A stretch of 64,000 bases of DNA from Octopus vulgaris. Taxonomy: Eukaryota. A program made the translations under genes and the position numbers. Each line of letters opens with the position of its first letter. Within the stretch, counting starts at the first letter, position 1. Where the stretch lies: NCBI GenBank assembly GCA_951406725.2, contig OX597843.1:14570001-14634000 (forward strand), written 5' to 3'. This document shows, in pieces, positions 1 through 64,000 of the stretch. The notes below the pieces were generated by a model, which was given only the letters and a program-made list of their open reading frames with translations, was not told the DNA's origin and did no database searches.

Positions 1-911
1 TTTGTCTATTTGTGATGAATTCTTTTCCTGGACTTGCTCAAAACTTCCACAAAGTACTATCTGCAGGGATCCACTGGATGTAAATGATCTCCTTTACTCT
101 TTATTCTTTACTCTTTTACTTGTTTCAGTCATTTGACTGCGGCCATGCTGGAGCACCGCCTTTAATCGAGCAAATTGACCCCGGGAATTATTCTTTGTAA
201 GCCCAGTACTTATTCTATCGGTCTCTTTTACCGAACCGCTAAGTAACGGGGACATAAACACACCAGCATCGGTTGTCAAGCAATGCTAGGGGGACAAACA
301 CAGACACGCATGCGTGTCACCTTGGGCAAGTGTCTTCTACTATAGCCCCGGGCCGACCAATGCCTTGTGAGTGGATTTGGTAGACAGAAACTGAAAGAAG
401 CCCGTTGTATATATGTATATATATGTATGCGTGTGTATATGTTTGTGTGTCTGTGTTTGTCCCCCTAGCATTGCTTGACAACCGATGCTGGTGTGTTTAC
501 GTCCCCGTCACTTAGCGGTTCGGCAAAAGAGTCCGATAGAATAAGTACTGGGCTTACAAAGAATAAGTCCCGGGGTCTATTTGCTCGACTAAAGGCGGTG
601 CTCCAGCATGGCCGCAGTCAAATGACTGAAACAAGTAAAAGAGTAAAAAGAGTAAAGAGATTGTCTGTGGAGTACTCAGCCGCTTGCATGTTAATTTCAC
701 AAGCAAGCTATTCTGTTAGCCATATCAGCTGGACCCTTGTTGTCATAACCGACAGAGTGCTCTTTTACTCTGCCATCTTCAAACCGCTTCTGCCGGCGTT
801 TGTCTTTGTGTTTGTTGTTAGTTTGTTTATGTCCCTGTCACCTAGCAGTTCAACAGAAGAGACCAATAAAGTAAGTTATTGAAAGATGATGCCTTCTCTG
901 TTTCGTTCCAG

Positions 912-56136
<55,225 letters not shown>

Positions 56137-57240
56137 TTGCCATGGTGAAAGCAATTCAGTGGAAATCTACGGAAGCAGCACGAGATGTGTGATGAGACAT
56201 GTCGTGGTTACCAATCAGACTAGATTTAGTACAACCAAATTACCGTATTTGTTGGCATGAAAGACTAATGGCTGTATAAAATGCATTCCTATTTCAGCAG
56301 CACATAGTCAGGAAAAAAGATTTCAGAGCAACTTTGCATATAGGACCCGGAGTAATTTTTTTGGAAAAAAATGCATATGTCATAAAGTATGGTAATTAAT
56401 CAGCAGCTTCCTTAGGGCTGATGGTGGTGACACCTGGTGCTGTAATTCTTAAAGTCTTGTACTGATTTTTCTTTCTATAAATCTCTCAACCCTGTTAAAA
56501 ACTAGAGATTTTGGTGAAATGCAGTTTGTCCAATAAGAAAAAAAATATTGAACAAATGTGAATGAAATTTGGTGATACAATCTAATGATTGCTCCATGAT
56601 ACAGGATTTGTGTCCTTGGCAAGCAACTGTTATTTCCTAGTTGATGACCTCCAGAAAGTATGAAAAATGGATAATATTGCCTTCAAACTTTGCTATTGTT
56701 ACAATATTTATTCAGACCTCAAAGAATCCCTCTCAACACAGGGCTATGATGCTCCCCCTCTACTCCTCTTCATGATCAGAGATGCACATATTATCAACCA
56801 CTAAGGGACATGCTCTAGTGGTTAGGGTCAAGCACTTGTGGTATTGAGCAGAATATTTTCTGTAACGATATTTCTGCTTCAGCAACTCAGCACTGAATCT
56901 GTGTGAAATGTAATGGCAAATAAGTCAGTTTGAAAACATTGATGTCCAGGTGACAAAAGCAAAGTGTGAAGGGAATAGAAGTCATTTCCTTTGGTTTCTA
57001 GACAGAGGTAAATAGGAAATAACACTTATTGACCAAAGACGAATAATAATAAAAATTTTATTACGCAGTGTTGCTGGTGTACATTGTGAATGTGGTTTTT
57101 ACTTGTTGTTCTTTACCTGTTGTCATGTCACTTTCACCTGCCCAGGTACGTTGAATACAGATAAGTTGATTACACAGATGTGTTTGCACATATTTTTACA
57201 GCATTGATTCCTGGGCCTTAAGTTTCCTAATTAAATCATT

Positions 57241-57275
57241 AATAAATAAACTAATTAATAAATTATTAATAAATA
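57241..57275 (+). terminator. Candidate polyadenylation signal cluster
   Basis: Overlapping AATAAA hexamers ~1.1 kb after the stop codon, followed by a T-rich tract; another AATAAA near 57048. The AT-rich context makes this weak. Confidence 0.3.
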
Positions 57276-57731
57276 ATGTCACTGACTTCTTAATCATTGC
57301 TTGATACATTCATTTTGTTAAGTATTTTTTTTTTGACTTCACTGGTGCCAGTAGTATGAGGAAAAAGGACTCAATACCCTCTGTGAAGCGGCTGGCATTA
57401 GGATGGGCATCCAGCCATGGAAACTATGGCGAAGCAGACACTGGAGCATGATGCAGCTCACTGGATCCTGTCAAACCATCCAACCCATGCCAGCATGAAA
57501 AAACAAGAAGAAGAAAAAAGAGGAATAAGGAGGAGGAGGAGGAGGAGAAGGAAAAGAAGAAGATGATGATGATGATGATAAGGAGGAGGAGGAAAACACT
57601 CAGAGAAATTTACAAAATGCTTTCTTAATCATTGCTTGATAATATAATAATCATAATCATTAATAATAATGATAATAATAATTATAATAATAATAACAAT
57701 GATAATAATAATAACAACAATAATAATAACA

Positions 57732-57783
<52 letters not shown>

Positions 57784-59664
57784 GGAGGAGGAGGAGGAGG
57801 AGGAGGAGAGGAGGAGGAGGAGGAAAACACTCAGAGAAATTTACAAAATGCCAAAAATAAATATTGCACATTGCAAATAGGAAGTCCTTTCTTAAATGAA
57901 ACTAAATGTGGTTTCTCACACAGAAGAGTGTTTAACTCCAGTTATTGACCCCTTTCCCCCCCTGTCATGATTTAGGGTTTGGCAACAACTGCAGATGTCT
58001 GTGGTGTAGGAATTTTAGAGTGACGAACCTCCTTCCGTGCCAGACCATACAGATTTCTGAGTAAAGGTTTATTGCACTGGTTTGCTCATTTTTACACCCA
58101 GCTTTCCATGCAATGGGCTGGCCAAAGATATTGAGACAGGATTTTACAGCTGGATGCCTTTTCTGTCACCCACCCTTACCTAGTTTGTTAATCAGGGATT
58201 TGTTTTATATTCTACATGGCTTAGAAAGTGCAGAACTGCAGGACGACGTACTCTTTGCAGGAAATGTGTGTGTGACACCACTGTGTTGCTCAAATGATGT
58301 TATGCAAAGGCACACAGAATGCAAACATCCATGTATGCACACACACACACATATACATGGGTGTGTGGAAGTATCTTGCTTACCAACCACATGGTTCCAG
58401 GTTCAGTCCCACTGCATGGCACCTTGGGCAAGTGTCTTCTACTATAGCCTTAGGTCGACCGAAGCCTTGCGAGAGGATTTAGTAGATGGAAACTGAAAGA
58501 AGCCCATTGTGTGTGTGTGTATATATATATATATATGTATGTATGTACGCATATATCTGTGTGTGTGTCTATGTTTCTCTCTCCACCACTGCTTGAAAAC
58601 CAGGTGTTGGTGTGTTTCCTTCCCCATAGCTGAGTGGTTTAGCACAAAGAGACAAATGGAGTAAGTAACAGGCTTTAGAAAAAGTCCTGGGTTGATTTGT
58701 CTGACGAAAAAAAAAACATTCAAGGTGGTGCTCCAGCATGGCCACAGTCAAATGACTGAAACAAATGAAAGAGTAAAAGAATATATATATTAGGGGTCAC
58801 AGAAGGGACGACAAGGGACCGAGACTTCTGGTGGTTTGCTGTGCTTGAGAAGACACAACAAGTAAATACATGGTCATCCTTGCATACAGGTATGTCTCTG
58901 GTGGCCGGGACCACATAAAAAGCACCCTTGCTGGTACTGTGTAAAAGTCCCACTACCCTCTGTAAAGTGGTTGGCACTAGGATGAGCATCCAGTCATAGA
59001 AACCATGCCAAGAAAAAATGTCGGAGTCCAGGCAGCTGACCAGCTCCTGTCAAACCGTCCAACCCATGCCTGCATGGAAAACAGACGTTAAAAGATGATG
59101 ATGATGATGTCCAGCCAGCCACCATGATCAACCACCAGCCATTAAAGCTTTTTTTATTCCCTGTTTATTTTTTTCATGTTCCTTTCTGTTGAAGAGCATA
59201 GGCTCGAAACGTAAAAGACTTTCTCACCTTTTCAAGTGTTAAATTAATACACCTGTTTGTTGTTTATACACTTGTCTTTCTCTCTTTCTATATATATATT
59301 TGTGTTGCATATGTGTATATATATATAACATCATCATCATCATCATCTAATGTCTGTTTTCATGCTGGCATGGATTAGGCCGTTTGACCAGTGTTGGCAA
59401 GACCAGGGGCTGCACCAAGTTCCATTGTCTCTTCTAGCATGGTTTTTGCTGCTGGATGCCCTTCCTAATGCCAACCACTCCACAGAGTATACAAGGTGCT
59501 CTCTCTTTGGCACCAGCAATGATTTCAAAATAGACCAGCAACAACATCAATTCTGTTGCAGGGGATGTGTCTTCTTGTGTATATATAAGTATATATGTTA
59601 GTATATGTATATCTGTCTATCTGGTCAATCTATTTTGCTATATATATATATATATATATATATA

Positions 59665-59708
<44 letters not shown>

Positions 59709-59771
59709 ACAGTAAGATAACAAAAAGAAAGAAAGAGACCTCAATATTATTTAAATAGAAGAAATTTATCT

Positions 59772-59851
59772 GTAAAATAAAATGTTACATTACTCAGTAG
59801 TCAAGATAAAACTTTCGAATGCTGAAGTGGAAATCCACAACACCATCTCTT

Positions 59852-59885
<34 letters not shown>

Positions 59886-59990
59886 CAGATGGCCAGATAA
59901 CCGAAGAGATGGTGGTGTGGATTTCCACCTCGGCATTTGAAACTCAGAGTTTTATCTTGGCTATTGAATAATTGTCACATATTATTTTAC
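59772..59990. repeat. Imperfect inverted repeat around a poly(A) loop
   Basis: gtggaaatccaca.caccatctctt.ggtta versus taaccgaagagatggtggtgtggatttccac. Confidence 0.7.
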
Positions 59991-60239
59991 ACACATATAT
60001 ATATATATATATATACACATAGGCAAACGATCACGATGACACACACACACACACATGTAGATACTTATACATATATGTAGGTACACACATAGTATGTAGA
60101 ATGGTTGAAGAAAAAAAGAGAAAATCCAAGAAACTATAAACATAAATGAGAAAAATATCTTAAAATCTGCTCTCAATTTTAGTCAGCATTAATCTTCAGA
60201 ATTACTCAACTGTTTTTCGTACAGTATACATGGAAATGG

Positions 60240-60437
60240 ATACCTATCTATCTGTCTACATTACCTATCTATGTACCTATCTATCTGCCTATCTCTCTAT
60301 CTATCTATCTGTCTGTCTGTCTATCTGTCTGTCTATCTCTCTCTCTATATCTATCTATCTATCTATCTACATTACCTATCTATCTATCTGTCTGTCTGTC
60401 TGTCTGCCTGTCTATCCATCTATCTATCTCTCTATTA

Positions 60438-60485
<48 letters not shown>

Positions 60486-60600
60486 GCCTCTCTCTCTATC
60501 TATCTACCTGTCTGTCTGTCTGTCTATCTATCTATATCTCTCACTCTCTCTTTCTCTCTGTCTATCTGTCTCTCTGTCTACCTGTCTCTCTCTCTCTGTA
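60240..60600. repeat. (TATC)n/(TGTC)n microsatellite
   Basis: Direct reading. Confidence 0.9.
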
Positions 60601-61272
60601 CATTTATATATATATCTGTACATTTATATATTTGTACATATAATAATAATACTACTACTAATAATAATATATTTGTCAATGTTTTCATCTACAGTGATGT
60701 TAATCTTTTGTGTTTGACATAAATCTGTAAAACTGAAAGAAAAATTCTGCTTTTGTTTCTAGTGTTTCTAGTTATTTTGAGTAGGAATAAAACACACAGG
60801 TGTGTATGCATGTATGTGCATGCGTTAATATATATATTTGTGTGTGAATAAATGTATGTATATGTATATATAAAAATATACGTCTATTTGTATATATGTG
60901 TCTATTCATCTATCTATTATATATATATATATACACATTTGATGATATACATCTATATATGTATGTATGCACATACTTTGTATATATATATATATGTATG
61001 TTTATTGTATATCTATATATATATACATACATATGTACATATAAATACACACACACACACACACATGCATCAAAAGCTCCAAAATTTTTTTCCTTTCTCT
61101 CTCTGTTTTTTTCCTTGTGTTCCTTTCAGTTGAAGAGCTTAGGCTTGAAATGTAAAAGACTTTCTCACCTTCCTGAGCGTTAAACTAATATATCTCTTTG
61201 TTGTTTATACACCTGTCTTTGTCTTTTGTTTTTTTCGTAAATTTCAACTATGTATGTATATGTATATATCTC

Positions 61273-61345
<73 letters not shown>

Positions 61346-62032
61346 TCTTTTACTTTTTTGCTTGTTTCAGTCATTTGACTGTGGCCATGCTGGAGCACTG
61401 CTTTTAGTTGAGCAAATCGACCCCAGGACTTATTCTTTGTAAGCCTAGTACTTATTCTATCGTTCTCTTTTGCCAAATCGCTAAGTTACGGGGACATAAA
61501 CACACCAGCATCGCTTGTCAAGCAATGCTAGGGGGACAAACACAGACACACAAACACATACACACACATACATATATGCATATATATATATATAAACGAC
61601 GGGCTTCTTTCAGTTTCCGTCTACCAAATCCACTCACAAGGCTTTGGTAGGCCCAAGGCTATAGTAGAAGACACTTGCCCAAGGTGCCACGCAGTTGGAC
61701 TGAACCTGGAACCAAGTGATTGGTAAACAAGCTACTTACCACACAGCCACTCCTATATATATATCTAGTAATTTTTCTGTAAATGAATATATTTTGTATT
61801 ACATTTATAGCTTAATTATTCATTGTTAATTGCATTGTATGGTATCAGAATTAGGTACGCCTCTGACATACACCTACCTAGGTACTCTCTGACCTTCCAC
61901 ACTCTCATTCACAGCCCTTCACTCACCCACACACAACCACCCACTCACATACACCCATCCATGTATCTTTGTTTATTTTCAGAAAGGACTTTATCTTCTG
62001 TTTCTGTGATATAAGTAATGTATACATACATG

Positions 62033-62079
<47 letters not shown>

Positions 62080-62589
62080 TCTTTACTCTCTTTACTCTTT
62101 TGCTTGTTTCAGTCATTTGACTGTGGCCATGCTGGAGCACCACCTTTAGTCAACCAAATCGACCCCAGGACTTATTCTTTATATATATTGATAGTTATAA
62201 GCTATGATAGTTATTAATTATTTAGAATGATCTATTATTATTTTTATAAAGGGATCTAACGTATTACATTTAATTTAATTTGAGAATTAATTTTGTTAGA
62301 CAATATATTATTTAATAATTAGGTGGTATATTTATTAAGTAGTATTAAATTTAAGTAAATTAGGTTTTATATTAATTGATATTTGGTCAACTATATTATT
62401 GAGTGATATATTAAACCTATAGAAACTACACATATATATTAATTATATAGTTAGTTTATTTAATGAGTTTGCCTATATTTGAACCATTTCTTATTTTGAT
62501 TACAATATTAATGGCTTGTACTAGCATTGTGTATATTAATTAATTTTAAAGTATTGTATTTAGTTTTCACTTAATGTATAGTTAGTAAA

Positions 62590-62920
62590 GGGTAAAGACC
62601 CCCTTCGGTCATGAATGACCATGGGATTGCACCTAGAAAGTTACCCTCCTAGACACAAGTCCGCGCAAGGTTGTTTATGGAAGACCAGCAGTCGCCCATG
62701 CATACCAGCCCCCCCCTCTCCACACCACCAGTGTTATCCAAGGGAAAGACAAAGGTCGATACAGCTTGGCACCAGTGACGTCGCAACTCATTTCTACAGC
62801 TAAGTGAACTGGAGCAACGTGAAATAAAGTGCCTTGCTGAAGAACACAACACGCAGCCCGGTCTGGGATTCGAGCTCACAACCTCACGATCGTAAGCTCG
62901 ACGCTCTAACCACTGAGCCT
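62590..62920 (-). mobile_element. tRNA-derived SINE family F (CORE-like ttgtgttcttgagcaag)
   Basis: ggctcagtggttagagcgtcgagcttacgatcgtgaggttgtgagctcgaatccc; copies at 36225-36562(-) and 6437-6600(-); related family at 16236-16533(+) and 15930-16195(-). Confidence 0.78.
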
Positions 62921-62996
62921 AAAGAATATATTTATATTTTAAAAGATTATTTAGGTATTTTTATTAATTAATTACTTTATTATTGTAGTTTATTTT

Positions 62997-63103
62997 TAAC
63001 CTGATGAGTGGCTATATTTATATCGAAGTGATTTTACTACTACAACTAATTTTTTGTTTACTATAATCATTTCTTAAATATAGCAACGAAACACGTGTCG
63101 TTA
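62997..63103 (+). ncRNA. Type-I hammerhead ribozyme (second copy of the 5201-5307 family)
   Basis: TAAC-CTGATGA(63001)-GTGGCTATATTTA...TAAATATAGCAAC-GAAA-CACGTG-TC/GTTA; one stem-II mismatch. Confidence 0.78.
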
Positions 63104-63405
63104 TTATACCAAATATATACGTTTTTATTATTATTTTGCAATTTACTTAATCATCGGTATTTTATTGTTATTTTATTTTTAATATTTCTATTATATGTAA
63201 TTTTCTTGATGGTGTAATTTAATCGTTCATTTTGAATTGATAAAAGGTGTTTTTTTCTAATTTTTATACATATATTATATTTTGTGAAATTTGATTTAGT
63301 ATTTCTAAATTGAATTTTTCCCTGTAAGTTAGGAATAATATTCCCTCAAATTATTATATATATATATATATATATACACATGCATATATACACACACACA
63401 CAAAC

Positions 63406-63438
<33 letters not shown>

Positions 63439-63736
63439 TATATCATATATATACATACATACATACATACATACACATATATATATATATATATATTTTT
63501 TTCTTCTCTCCTTGTTCTTTCTTGTGTCCCTTTCTGTAGAAGAGCGTAGGCTCGAAACGTAAAAGACTTTTTCTATTCCTGAGCGTAATACAAATACATC
63601 TGTTTGTTTGTACACCACCTGCCTTTGTCTTTTCATCATCACCTCCTTCAATGCCTCCTCTTCTCTTAAAAGTTTTTGTCTTACAAGTACTTGGTGACCC
63701 TTGGTGACACTCAAAAGCACCCAGACTACACTGTAT

Positions 63737-64000
63737 AGTGGTTGGTGTTGTGAAGGGCATCCAGTTGTAAAAACCTTGCCAAAACTGACCTCACCTGTGC
63801 TTGTGCCACATAAAAAGCACTAAGTCCACTCTGCTGAGTGGTTGGTGCTAGGAAGGGCATCCAGCTGTAAAAACCTTGCTAAAACTGACCTCACCTGTGC
63901 TTGTGCCACATAAAAAGCACTAAGTCCACTCTGTTGGGTGGTTGGTGCTAGGAAGGGCATCCAGCTGTAAAAACCTTGCTAAAACTGACCTCACCTGTGC
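63737..64000. repeat. 100-bp tandem repeat (about 2.6 copies, runs off the window)
   Basis: gtggttggtgctaggaagggcatccagctgtaaaaaccttgc... recurring at 63737, 63837 and 63937. Confidence 0.85.

Larger units (their letters stand above)
62185..63355 (+). mobile_element. Penelope-like element copy, interrupted by a SINE at ~62590-62920
   Basis: Reverse complement of 4962-5800, e.g. aatttttccctgtaagtt.ggaataatattccctcaaa; hammerhead at 63001. Confidence 0.65.

Noticed and set aside
94-882. Repeated MTTDAGVF...ETSKRVK small ORFs
   Set aside because: Translations of the SINE family A tail from non-ATG starts, recurring at each SINE copy.

Overview
Repeat-dense eukaryotic genomic DNA. The SINE/LINE/Penelope and microsatellite content is typical of an octopus (coleoid cephalopod) genome; this is inferred from the repeats only. 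One spliced + strand gene spans 912-56136. I traced 23 GT-AG exons with consistent phases (3742 nt, about 1246 aa plus stop; the first exon(s) lie upstream of the window). It encodes a three-part fusion: an N-terminal PLP-dependent class-V/SufS-like cysteine desulfurase (EHHSN, WDYA, SPHK, REEGGTP, RGGCACAGPY), a ~490-aa low-complexity Cys-rich linker exon, and a C-terminal bacterial-type TtcA tRNA 2-thiocytidine synthase domain (SGGKDS, CSFC, CPAC). This is a candidate self-contained tRNA-thiolation enzyme in an animal. The introns and 3' flank contain several type-I hammerhead ribozyme motifs inside AT-rich Penelope-like elements with inverted arms, a 5'-truncated RTE LINE whose RT carries an inserted PHD finger, (TAA)n-targeting R4/Dong-like fragments, a CR1 fragment, at least five tRNA-derived SINE families, hAT/piggyBac MITEs, a non-autonomous Helitron, a 53-bp minisatellite (~39 copies) and very large microsatellites. 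Most long ORFs in the supplied track are microsatellite artefacts. Repeat boundaries are approximate; exon and ribozyme coordinates were read base by base.
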